Shown: piece by piece, positions 17,732 through 25,550 of the stretch
How the letters are laid out: each line of letters starts with the position of its first letter
Numbering within the stretch: the first letter of the stretch is position 1
DNA from: Myxococcota bacterium
Lineage (GTDB): Bacteria > Myxococcota_A > UBA796 > GCA-2862545
Direction: 5' to 3'
DNA: 25,550 bases
NCBI GenBank assembly: GCA_039208735.1
Contig: JBCCQY010000135.1
Span: 1-25,550, forward strand
The notes under the pieces: generated by a model
Seen by the model: only the letters and a program-made list of their open reading frames with translations
Database searches by the model: none
What the model was told of the DNA's origin: nothing
Position numbers and translations under genes: made by a program

Positions 17732-19134
17732 GGGGAAACTCCAGTGTCGCCGCCGAGGGCGGTGAGCAGTTGCACCCGGGCGGCAAGCCGGTCCCGAAGC
17801 GCATCAACCAAGGAAATCTCTGCAGTTTGCAGGCCGCCTTGTGCGGCGAGGACGGCGAGAAACGTGTCGATGCCCTGGAGGTACCGCTGGGTGGCCTCCT
17901 CGAACGCATCGCGCGCAGCGGCAACCTGGGCCTTTACCGCCTCGTGGCGTTCGGCCTGTTCGGTGTCGCGAATGACGCCGTTTTCGACATCCCGCACCGC
18001 ATTGAGCAGAGCGGTGTCATAGGCGCTCACTTGCGAGCGGTACGTTCCTTTGGCGGACCGAACGCTGCCGACGAGTGCGCCTCCGTTGAACAGAGGCACG
18101 CTCAAGGCTCCCCCGACACCGTAAGTCTCGAGGGACGACAGTTCGCTCGCCAGTGCGTAGGTCCACCCGACATTGGCGTTGAGGGAGAGCGTAGGCAGCA
18201 TGCCGCGGATAGAGGCGTCACGCCGCGCTTTTGCCGCCGTTACCCGGGATCGAGCCACCGTTAGATCCGGTCGCCGTTCGACGAGGTCGGCCGGCGTGCC
18301 GATCGCAGGTTGCGGCACCGGTTGAGGCAAGGTCTGGGACAGGGTCGGAACTTCCTCAAGCCCGATGCCCATGAGCGCAGAGAGCACCCGGATCTGGCTT
18401 TGCGCGGACAAACGTGCGGGAGGCAACGCCGCTCGGGTCGAGGCCACCGTCTGCCGCTGCTGGAGCACATCGAGCCCACTCGCGGCACCGGTTTCGTAGC
18501 GAAGCTCCAACACCTCGAGCAAGTCCGACTGCGCCTTGAGCTGTTCCTGCAGGATCTCGACCTTCTGCGCCGAAGACAAGGCATCCAGGTAGGCGGTCGC
18601 AATGTTGCCACTCACCAAAAGGCGTGTGGCGTCTTGATCTCCTCGTGCTGCCTCGGCCTCAAAGCGCGCGGCTCGGTGGTTCAGCACGCCTTGCCCGAAC
18701 ACATCGAGGCCCCACCGGAAGTTGAAGAGCGCCGACCCCGTGAAACAAAGGCCGCTCGCGTCGGTGGCCGGATCGTTGAGGCTTGCCAATTCCTCCTGGG
18801 TGATGGGCCCCACCGCGCATCGAAACACGACCGTGGCCGGCTGACCCGACGTGGTCAGATCGAAGGCCGCGGAGGGAATGAGACCCGAAAACGCAACGAG
18901 CGTGGCTGCTTCGGCGACCTCGAGCCGACCATAGGCCGCTTCGAGATCGGGATTTCCCTGCAGCCCCCGTTCGATAATGGCGTCGAGCTGTTCATCACCC
19001 AGTCCCTCCCACCAAGGCCCCGTGGCCATCGCACTGTCGTCGGCCTCGACGGACCAACTGGGCGCGATGGCATCGATTTCAAGCACTTGGGGCGCAGCAA
19101 ACGCCGCCACGCCCATCCAGGCCATGAGGTTCAC
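17728..19134 (-). CDS. Outer membrane efflux channel (TolC/NodT family)
   Basis: WWEGLGDEQLDAIIERGLQGNPDL, PADLVERRPDL, PLFNGG, YDTALLNAVRDVEN, RYLQG...L.VL.AQ and ALGG. GTG 19134 overlaps the tetR stop (GTGA). Confidence 0.92.
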   Translation of the reverse strand: MNLMAWMGVAAFAAPQVLEIDAIAPSWSVEADDSAMATGPWWEGLGDEQLDAIIERGLQGNPDLEAAYGRLEVAEAATLVAFSGLIPSAAFDLTTSGQPATVVFRCAVGPITQEELASLNDPATDASGLCFTGSALFNFRWGLDVFGQGVLNHRAARFEAEAARGDQDATRLLVSGNIATAYLDALSSAQKVEILQEQLKAQSDLLEVLELRYETGAASGLDVLQQRQTVASTRAALPPARLSAQSQIRVLSALMGIGLEEVPTLSQTLPQPVPQPAIGTPADLVERRPDLTVARSRVTAAKARRDASIRGMLPTLSLNANVGWTYALASELSSLETYGVGGALSVPLFNGGALVGSVRSAKGTYRSQVSAYDTALLNAVRDVENGVIRDTEQAERHEAVKAQVAAARDAFEEATQRYLQGIDTFLAVLAAQGGLQTAEISLVDALRDRLAARVQLLTALGGDTGVSP

Positions 19135-19730
19135 TCCCCCTCCTCTGGCGCAAGCCCGCGCCACATGGTTTGCGCCAGCTGACTGGCGTACTGGTCGAGA
19201 TCCACATTGACGGTTTCACTCCCGAGAATCGTGCCCATCCAGGCACGACCATTGAGCGAGCCGATGTACATGAGCGCCAACGCCCTTGGATTGCAGTCCC
19301 CGATCCGTCCGGCGTCGCGGGCCGCTTCAAACCATTGGGTGAGGGCCTGCAAACCGCGAATCGGCGGTGGAACCTTGAATTGGGCCATGATGGCCCGCAT
19401 GTCGCACCCGCTCGCCCACATGGTCGCGAGGCGAGGTGTCATCTCGACAAAGAACTCGGAAATCGCCTGCGCAATCTCGGTGAGTTGTTCAGGAATGGGC
19501 CGTTCGTCGGGCCCTCGCTCCACCAAGGCGATCCACTCGGGAATCTCGGGCGGAGCCAACGCCGCCATGAGCAGTTGTTGTTTGGTCCCAAATCGCTTGA
19601 ACAAGGCGGCCTGCGAAAGGCCCACCTGCTCGGCGATCACCGCCGTGCTCACTTGGGGACCTTGCTCGACGAAGCATGCCCGGGCTGCGTCGAGAATCTC
19701 ACGATCGGAAACGAGCCGTGGTCGGGCCAC
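19131..19730 (-). CDS. TetR/AcrR-family transcriptional regulator heading the efflux operon
   Basis: N-terminal HTH: MARPRLVSDREILDAARACFVEQG...STAVIAEQVGLSQAALFKRFGTKQQL. Confidence 0.93.
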   Translation of the reverse strand: MARPRLVSDREILDAARACFVEQGPQVSTAVIAEQVGLSQAALFKRFGTKQQLLMAALAPPEIPEWIALVERGPDERPIPEQLTEIAQAISEFFVEMTPRLATMWASGCDMRAIMAQFKVPPPIRGLQALTQWFEAARDAGRIGDCNPRALALMYIGSLNGRAWMGTILGSETVNVDLDQYASQLAQTMWRGLAPEEGE

Positions 19731-19750
19731 GCAATGCTCCGCATGCCAAG

Positions 19751-19852
19751 GTTAGTGTTCAATCACTAACAGGTTAGTGACCGCTCACTAATTATGGCTG
19801 CGCCCGATCTGCTCGTCACGACATGTCATGTTCGTGAGTGAGCACTCACCAA
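19751..19852. promoter_or_regulatory. Three TTAGTG-N6-CACTAA palindromes, probable TetR operators
   Basis: GTTAGTG-ttcaat-CACTAAC (19751-19770), TTAGTGA-ccgc-TCACTAA (19774-19791) and the variant TGAGTG-agcact-CACCAA (19835-19852), all directly upstream of tetR. Confidence 0.8.
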
Positions 19853-19882
19853 TCGAAGAGCAAGGCGGAGACTACCGATCGC

Positions 19883-20137
19883 TCAATTGGCCTGGATCAG
19901 TTTGTCGACCAATGCCACGTAAGCCTCCTGCGCCGCGGCTTGCTCCATGCCTTGGACCTTGGCCCAGGCGTCGTACTTGGCGCGCCCCTTGAAGTCCATC
20001 ATGCCGGGGCGACTGCCCGACACATCGCCAACGCTCCCCTGCTTGAACAGCGCGTACAGCTCCAGAAGCTGTTCGTTGCTCGGACGGCTGGTCAGGCTCT
20101 TCACCTGTTCCTGGGCTTCGGCGAAACGGTCGGACAT
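19883..20137 (-). CDS. Acyl-CoA-binding protein (ACBP)
   Basis: AGGAGG RBS. 84 aa with RPSNEQLLELYALFKQGSVGDV...PGMMDFKGRAKYDAW...AQEAYVALV, the ACBP signature. Confidence 0.93.
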   Translation of the reverse strand: MSDRFAEAQEQVKSLTSRPSNEQLLELYALFKQGSVGDVSGSRPGMMDFKGRAKYDAWAKVQGMEQAAAQEAYVALVDKLIQAN

Positions 20138-20180
20138 GAGGGCCTCCTGAAGTCTTGCGCGATTAACCGACTCGCCAACG

Positions 20181-21068
20181 CTACCGTGCGGCGCGTGAGG
20201 CGGTGCGAACGAGGGCGTTGGTCAGTTCTCCCCACAAGGGCTCTGGAAGATCGTGGCCCATCTCGTCAAGCACGAGAAGCTCCGCACTCGGCAATGCTTC
20301 GGCGGTCTGGCGCCCTCCACCAGGCCGAATCAGGGGGTCGAGGGCCCCGTGAATCACACACGCGGGGTGGGGCACTTCGCGAAGCCCCGGTCGGCGATCC
20401 GCGCCGGCCATGATGGCGGCAGACTGCCGAGCCACGCCATCGTCGTCCCCCGACCCCCGTTCCACACACCGCTGGGCGAGCGCTTGAAGCCACCTTGGAT
20501 CGGCAGGATGCACCGGGCTTTCAATCGCTCGGTAGGCGTTGACGAACTGCTCTACGGCGGCCTCTGGAGTCCGGTCGCGCGGCGGAGTGAGGAGGGCGCG
20601 AACCGCCTGCGGTTTGGGCGGTCCACTCGCCCACAAGTTTGGAGTGCTCATGATTGAGGTAAGCGTCTTGATGCGTTCGCCGTGATGAATCGCCATGACC
20701 TGCGCGATCATGCCGCCCATCGAAGCCCCCACCACGTGGGCACGATCAATCTCGAGCGCATCGAGCAGCAGCACGGTGTCCATCGCGAGATCCTCCAGCG
20801 TATAGGGCGGAGGCGTTCGCTCCCAGAACCGCAGTAGGTTGCGAAGCCGGGGTCGACCCAAGTGGGGAAGCTGCGAAGACAATCCAATGTCGCGATTGTC
20901 AAAGCGAATGACGCGGAACCCCGCGTCCGCGAGTTGGGCACACCATGCGTCGGGCCACATCAACATCTGGGCGCCGAGGCCCATGATCAAGACCAGCGGC
21001 TCGTTCCCCCCATCGAATTGTTCAACGGCGAGATCGATGTCGGCGCGAATGGCGATCGGCTCGACCAC
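20181..21068 (-). CDS. Alpha/beta-fold hydrolase
   Basis: AAGGAG before GTG 21068. LVLIMGLGAQM, FDNRDIGLS, nucleophile GASMGG, HGALDPLI and MGHDL. Confidence 0.9.
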   Translation of the reverse strand: MVEPIAIRADIDLAVEQFDGGNEPLVLIMGLGAQMLMWPDAWCAQLADAGFRVIRFDNRDIGLSSQLPHLGRPRLRNLLRFWERTPPPYTLEDLAMDTVLLLDALEIDRAHVVGASMGGMIAQVMAIHHGERIKTLTSIMSTPNLWASGPPKPQAVRALLTPPRDRTPEAAVEQFVNAYRAIESPVHPADPRWLQALAQRCVERGSGDDDGVARQSAAIMAGADRRPGLREVPHPACVIHGALDPLIRPGGGRQTAEALPSAELLVLDEMGHDLPEPLWGELTNALVRTASRAAR

Positions 21069-21149
21069 AGGCACAACTCCTTGGTGCTTCCGTCGCCGTA
21101 GGGATCTGGTGGAGCCTCGGCAAGCCAACCCAAGGGATACGCCCCTGTC

Positions 21150-21989
21150 ATGCCGTTACGCACCTTCGACGAAGCCGTTTGTCTCATCACAGGCGGCGCT
21201 TCAGGCATCGGACGAGCCTTGGGCGCCGAACTCGTGGCCCGTGGGGCTCGAGTGGTCTTGGCCGACCGCGACGTGGAGGGGGCCCAAGCCACCGCTCAAC
21301 AACTGGGAGAGCGAGCGACGGCCATGCCGTGCGACGTCACGGATCCCGAACAGGTCCATCACGTGGTCACGACCACCTTCGACGACCATGGCCGCCTCGA
21401 CTTCCTGTTCAACAACGCAGGAATCAGCATCGCGGGGCCCGTCCGCCTAAACGAAACATCGCATTGGAACAAGGTCTTGGACGTCAACGTTCGAGGCGTG
21501 GTGCATGGGGTGCAAGCCGCCTACCCCAAGATGATCGAACAAGGCTTTGGCCACATCATCAACACGGCGTCGGTGGCGGGCTTTCTGCCAACCCCAGGGT
21601 TCGTGTCGTACGGGGTGTCCAAACACGCGGTGGTGGGACTGTCCGCAGGGCTCCGCATTGAGGCGGCGCGACATGGCATTCGGGTGACCGCGTTGTGCCC
21701 TGGCTTCGTACAGACGCCGATCCTCTCTGGAGGCAAGTACGGAGGACGCGTCGACAACCGGGTCGACCTCGAGGAAGTCGGCCGCACGGCTCGCATGATG
21801 AACCCCATGGATCCGACGCGATTCGCCCGCAAGGTCGTACCGCGGATTGCTAGGAATCAGGCGGTGATCGTGGTCCCTGGGTACTGGCGACTCCTGCGCG
21901 CCCTCTATCGACTGGCCCCAGGCTTGCTCACCGTCATTGCCAGACAAGTCCTCGACCCGGAGCGGCTCGACCCGACTCAATCCGGATGA
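21150..21989 (+). CDS. Short-chain dehydrogenase/reductase (SDR)
   Basis: ITGGASGIG, FNNAG, NTAS, catalytic YGVSK and CPGFVQT. Confidence 0.93.
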   Translation: MPLRTFDEAVCLITGGASGIGRALGAELVARGARVVLADRDVEGAQATAQQLGERATAMPCDVTDPEQVHHVVTTTFDDHGRLDFLFNNAGISIAGPVRLNETSHWNKVLDVNVRGVVHGVQAAYPKMIEQGFGHIINTASVAGFLPTPGFVSYGVSKHAVVGLSAGLRIEAARHGIRVTALCPGFVQTPILSGGKYGGRVDNRVDLEEVGRTARMMNPMDPTRFARKVVPRIARNQAVIVVPGYWRLLRALYRLAPGLLTVIARQVLDPERLDPTQSG

Positions 21990-23872
21990 CGCTCCCGGAC
22001 AACGTCGAACAACGCTTCCAGCTCGGCAAGGGCCTTGGTTTGTGCGTCCGTCACCTCTTCTGTGGCATCGCGGAGCTGAACCAGCCGCTCGAAGCTTGCA
22101 TCGGCAAGCCCCGCCCGCGCAGCCTGCAACTGGTCGTCGACCTGGGCGAGAACCGCCTCCGCACCTAGGGCCCGAGCGCGGTTCCACAATCCCTCGCTGC
22201 GTCCCAGGGTCGTTCGCGACTCGAACTCGATCCGCTGTAGATCTTGACGCTCGGACGCAAGGCGCTGTTGGACGGGACCATTGCGAGCTTGCACCTGGGC
22301 CCGAACCTGGCGCACGAGCTGCCGTAAGCGGCCTTCCGCCTCATCTAGGGCGGCCGGTGGAGAGCGGTCCGCGAGGCCCTGGACGGCCTTCACCGCGGTT
22401 TGGGATGCCGTGAGCAACCGCGCCGTTTCCTGGGTTCCCAACTCGGTAGGCAGCGCCTTCGTGCGGTCGAGGGTGGCCCGGGTCGACCGTAGATCACCAA
22501 GCGATGCTTCGACGGTCGTTCGCAACGCCCGGGCCCGCCCTCGACAGGCCTCCAACGCCCATTCGAGACGCCGTTCCGCGATCGTTAGGAGCATCCCCGC
22601 CGCCGAGGCGAGGAGTCGCCGGTCCCGCGTGGTCGACGGATCCGCAAGCAGCCGACGTTCGAGAAGTCGAGTGAGCGTCAACGCGTCGCGAATGCCCGCG
22701 TCAGCGTGTTGACCGATCTCTAGTGCGCCGGCCGCCCGCATCACTCGGTCATCCGCGCGAAGCTGACCCAACGTCCATCGCACCTCTTCTTCGTCGAACA
22801 AAGCGGCCGCCAACCCGGGATCGCGATGGGTGGTTCGGATCTCTTCGATGAGATCCTCGAACGTCTCGATCGCACGTTGCAGTTCTTGCTCGGCTGACGC
22901 GGCCTCACCGAGCTTCAGATGCAGCCGACCGAGCGTTGCTTGCAGCTTGGGAGAGGCGATCTCTGCCGCTTGCCGCTGCAGGCGCTCGCGAAGGACGGTG
23001 GCTGCCGCAGTGCCGTCTCCCCTTTGCACCTCGGTCCACACCAGTTCTTCAAGAGCGACCCCATGGAGTGGAGAATCAGGACTGAAGCTTCGGTACAACG
23101 ATGCTGCGCGACCGAACTCGCCCTGTTCAAATGCGATGCGGGCCAGGGCCAAGGTCGACAGTTCTGCAATGTTCAGCTCGGTCAGCGGCGCATCACGAAG
23201 CTGGGTGAACCGGTCGATGGCCAACGCAAGATCCCCCCGCTTCACGGCGATCACGGCCCGGTGGTACCGCGCCCGATCGTAGGCGGCTTCCCTCTCGTCG
23301 ACCTCGGCAAACCGCTCCTCTGCCTCATCGAGGTGGCCGAGCCGCCAATGGGCGCGCCCCAACGCATAGGCCAACGCGCCGGTGGCGGCGTCAAGCAGGC
23401 CACGGGCGCTCAGATCCTGGTAGAGAGTCGCAAACTCCGAGGCCGATCGATGAACGGCGTACAGGTCGATCTGCGCAACGGCCACCTCTCGAGCAAAGGG
23501 GTGGTTGGGCTCGCCCAAGATCTCGGCGTGAATGCGCATCGCAAGCGCGGTGGCTCCGATGTTCGCCAGACACTGTCCCAGGATGTAATCGGCTTCTTGG
23601 CGAATAATGCCGGGTGGAAGAAACGTCCGGATGGCCCAGAGCTGCTCGGCCGCAGCTTCATGCTTGCCCACCATGAACGAAAACAGCGCATCGTCAAATC
23701 GCTGGGTTGCGGCCTCCGTGGTCAGCAGCTCGCGACGTACCGCTTCCTGCTCGAGCATGGCCACCGCATCGAGCAGATCGGGTTCCGCAGCCTCGCCGAA
23801 AGGCGTCCCAAAGGCCCATAGGAGCACGACCAAAGCGAGGTCTCTGACGCTGGCATGAGGACGACGCACCAT
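21977..23872 (-). CDS. Exported tetratricopeptide-repeat protein with a coiled-coil C-terminus
   Basis: Signal-peptide-like segment (LALVVLLWAFGTPFGEAA). TPR helices EADYILGQCL, LAYALGRAHWRLGHLDEAEERF, ARYHRAVI and LALARIAFEQGEFGRAASLY. Start position uncertain. Confidence 0.75.
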   Translation of the reverse strand: MVRRPHASVRDLALVVLLWAFGTPFGEAAEPDLLDAVAMLEQEAVRRELLTTEAATQRFDDALFSFMVGKHEAAAEQLWAIRTFLPPGIIRQEADYILGQCLANIGATALAMRIHAEILGEPNHPFAREVAVAQIDLYAVHRSASEFATLYQDLSARGLLDAATGALAYALGRAHWRLGHLDEAEERFAEVDEREAAYDRARYHRAVIAVKRGDLALAIDRFTQLRDAPLTELNIAELSTLALARIAFEQGEFGRAASLYRSFSPDSPLHGVALEELVWTEVQRGDGTAAATVLRERLQRQAAEIASPKLQATLGRLHLKLGEAASAEQELQRAIETFEDLIEEIRTTHRDPGLAAALFDEEEVRWTLGQLRADDRVMRAAGALEIGQHADAGIRDALTLTRLLERRLLADPSTTRDRRLLASAAGMLLTIAERRLEWALEACRGRARALRTTVEASLGDLRSTRATLDRTKALPTELGTQETARLLTASQTAVKAVQGLADRSPPAALDEAEGRLRQLVRQVRAQVQARNGPVQQRLASERQDLQRIEFESRTTLGRSEGLWNRARALGAEAVLAQVDDQLQAARAGLADASFERLVQLRDATEEVTDAQTKALAELEALFDVVRERHPD

Positions 23873-23928
23873 GGTGGTTTGCCCATCGGGTCGCCACCGA
23901 GGTGTCTCAAGCCGGATATGCACCCGCC

Positions 23929-24627
23929 ATGTCGACCGAGACCCGATCGATGCTCGTGGAACTCGTCGCCACCGTGGTGATTCCCACGGTGGTACTTGTG
24001 GGATTGACCGGTGAGGACGCCCTGGGTCCCACGGTTGGGCTTGTCACAGCGCTCGCCTCTCCGTTCCTGTACGGCATCTACACGATGGTTCGTCAGCGTT
24101 CGGTAAGTGCGCTTGCCGTCATTGCGTTGGTCAGTGTGCTGTTGACCGGCTCGGTGGGGCTCCTCGAACTCGACCCCGCGTGGTTCGCCATCAAGGAGGC
24201 GGTGGTACCGCTGGTCTTGGGTGGCCTCACCATGGCGAGCGCCCAAACTCGTTTTGCGCTGTTGCCCGTCCTTTTCGACCGCATCTTGGACCCCAAACGA
24301 GTCGAAGCGGCATTGGATGCGGAGGCTCGCGCCACCTTCGATGCAGCGGGGCGACGCGGCACCGTGCTGGCGGGGGCCATCGTCGCAGCTTCGGCCGTAG
24401 TCAGCTACGCGCTGGCTCGCTGGGTGGTCACGAGCCCCTCGGGCAGCCCTGAATTCGCGAGCGAACTTGGCACCCACACCACCTTGTCGTTCTTTGTGAT
24501 CGGCCTGCCCACCACGTTCGCCATGGCGTGGGTGCTGCGCGGCGTGCTCCTCAAGCTCGAGGAACTCACCGACATCGACGTCGAGACCCTGCTCCGAACG
24601 AACGAAGGGTCTGAGCCGAGCGACTAG
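23929..24627 (+). CDS. Multi-pass membrane protein, VC0807-like
   Basis: About six hydrophobic helices; VVIPTVVL, LGPTVGLVTALASP, VSVLLTGSVGLL and WFAIKEAVVP match the family pattern as I recall it. Confidence 0.7.
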   Translation: MSTETRSMLVELVATVVIPTVVLVGLTGEDALGPTVGLVTALASPFLYGIYTMVRQRSVSALAVIALVSVLLTGSVGLLELDPAWFAIKEAVVPLVLGGLTMASAQTRFALLPVLFDRILDPKRVEAALDAEARATFDAAGRRGTVLAGAIVAASAVVSYALARWVVTSPSGSPEFASELGTHTTLSFFVIGLPTTFAMAWVLRGVLLKLEELTDIDVETLLRTNEGSEPSD

Positions 24628-25550
24628 CCGTCCGCCGGCGCGCCCACCCCGGGGACCACGGGCTCGGGGGTCGCAGTGAGGCGCTCGAGGGGACCATAAA
24701 TCACGTGCGTCCAACCCATCGAGGTGAGTCGGTGATGGATGTAGAGCAGCTCTTGGCCGTTTCCATCGCGGACGATGCGGTAGCCCGAAGTGGTTTCGGG
24801 GTCGACCTCATCCATGCCTTCGAGGAGGGTCGGGTTGATCGCCTTGGCTTCCTCGAGTTCGGTCGCCGCCACAATCATGGGTCCGTCGTCGAGCAACAAA
24901 CTGCCAACTCCGGGCACACCGACCAACGGCCGAGGCAACAAGTGATCGATCACCCACTCCGCATCGAACTCGACTGCCACCACGCCGAGGAATGCACTTT
25001 CCGCATCGGGGGCCACGAGGGGCCGAGCCACCGTGAGACGCCCGTACGAATCGGCCGTCCAATCCACCGACGACGCCGCGGTGCGTGCCCCTCGGTAGAC
25101 CGGATCGTTTCGAGGATCGAGGTCGCCGTCGATGCCCCGGCCGGGCAGCGTGATGTAGAACCCGTCTTCAAGCCCCACCCAGACGGCACCCACGGCTCCG
25201 CGATCGTTGATCATGGGCGGCAAGTGTCGCTGGAAAACCTCGGAGAGCGCTCCCCACCGGGGATTCTGCAGCTCCACCTCGGGTGAGAACACCGCGGGCG
25301 TCATGGGGTCGACCCACCGCGGCCCCTGGGTCTTGTCGGGGCTGCGGTCCACCGCGAAACCGGTTTCGGGCAGGGTGTTTTCGGACCGAAACTCACCGGG
25401 TGGTCGGCCCTTCACCGGACGCCAACGTGGACCATTCTCGAGAGCTTCGGTCACGAGCGTTGCCGTCGCGTCGAGCGGTCCGATGCCGGCCACCAAAGCG
25501 CTTTCCAGGCGGGACGCCTGAAGCGCTCCCACCGTGACGGCCTTGACGAA
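24624..25550 (-). CDS. C-terminal Cache (dCache-like) sensory domain of a larger protein; 5' end lies outside the window
   Basis: Frame open to the window edge. VWVGLEDGFYITLPG...DPRNDPVYRGA...VDWT...LTVARPL...FLGVVAVEF and HRLTSMGWTHV. Confidence 0.7.
   Translation of the reverse strand, partial: FVKAVTVGALQASRLESALVAGIGPLDATATLVTEALENGPRWRPVKGRPPGEFRSENTLPETGFAVDRSPDKTQGPRWVDPMTPAVFSPEVELQNPRWGALSEVFQRHLPPMINDRGAVGAVWVGLEDGFYITLPGRGIDGDLDPRNDPVYRGARTAASSVDWTADSYGRLTVARPLVAPDAESAFLGVVAVEFDAEWVIDHLLPRPLVGVPGVGSLLLDDGPMIVAATELEEAKAINPTLLEGMDEVDPETTSGYRIVRDGNGQELLYIHHRLTSMGWTHVIYGPLERLTATPEPVVPGVGAPADG

Noticed and set aside
14555..18022. 1155-aa plus-strand ORF
   Set aside because: It is the antisense shadow of the RND, MFP and OMF genes. 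It is rich in Arg, His and Gly, has no recognisable domain, and is expected from high-GC codon bias.
1..25550. CRISPR arrays, tRNA/rRNA genes, transposases or integrases
   Set aside because: I saw no regularly spaced repeat-spacer units, cloverleaf signatures or recombinase motifs by eye. Covariance-model scans were not run.

Overview
High-GC bacterial chromosomal window, probably from a Myxococcota-like lineage (inferred from the TPR, LRR/WD40 and Cache-domain protein styles). Contents in order: the end of a branched-chain amino acid operon (ilvB 3' end, an aberrant ilvN/H, ilvC, ilvD); a GNAT gene; a 3.9-kb accessory block in which remnants of a pentapeptide-repeat/EAD-like/TIR gene surround a MarR-controlled cassette (esterase-VOC fusion, DUF6958-like protein, SRPBCC protein, MarR); SnoaL-like, TVP38/DedA and LRR+WD40 genes; an alternative sigma-70 factor behind a ~490-bp structured intergenic region; a TetR-regulated tripartite RND efflux operon; ACBP, alpha/beta-hydrolase and SDR genes; and TPR, VC0807-like and Cache-domain genes. 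Best leads: (1) four phased 11-bp TnnACA repeats directly upstream of the sigma factor that resemble a CarH/CarA/LitR operator, suggesting a light/B12-gated sigma factor; (2) a deleted and frameshifted AHAS regulatory subunit whose ACT domain has substitutions at valine-binding positions and reads in frame into IlvC; (3) a fragmented pentapeptide-TIR gene apparently split by the MarR cassette, which has a shared TCAAGA-N-TCTTGA operator. Family assignments come from motif recognition only; no searches were run.
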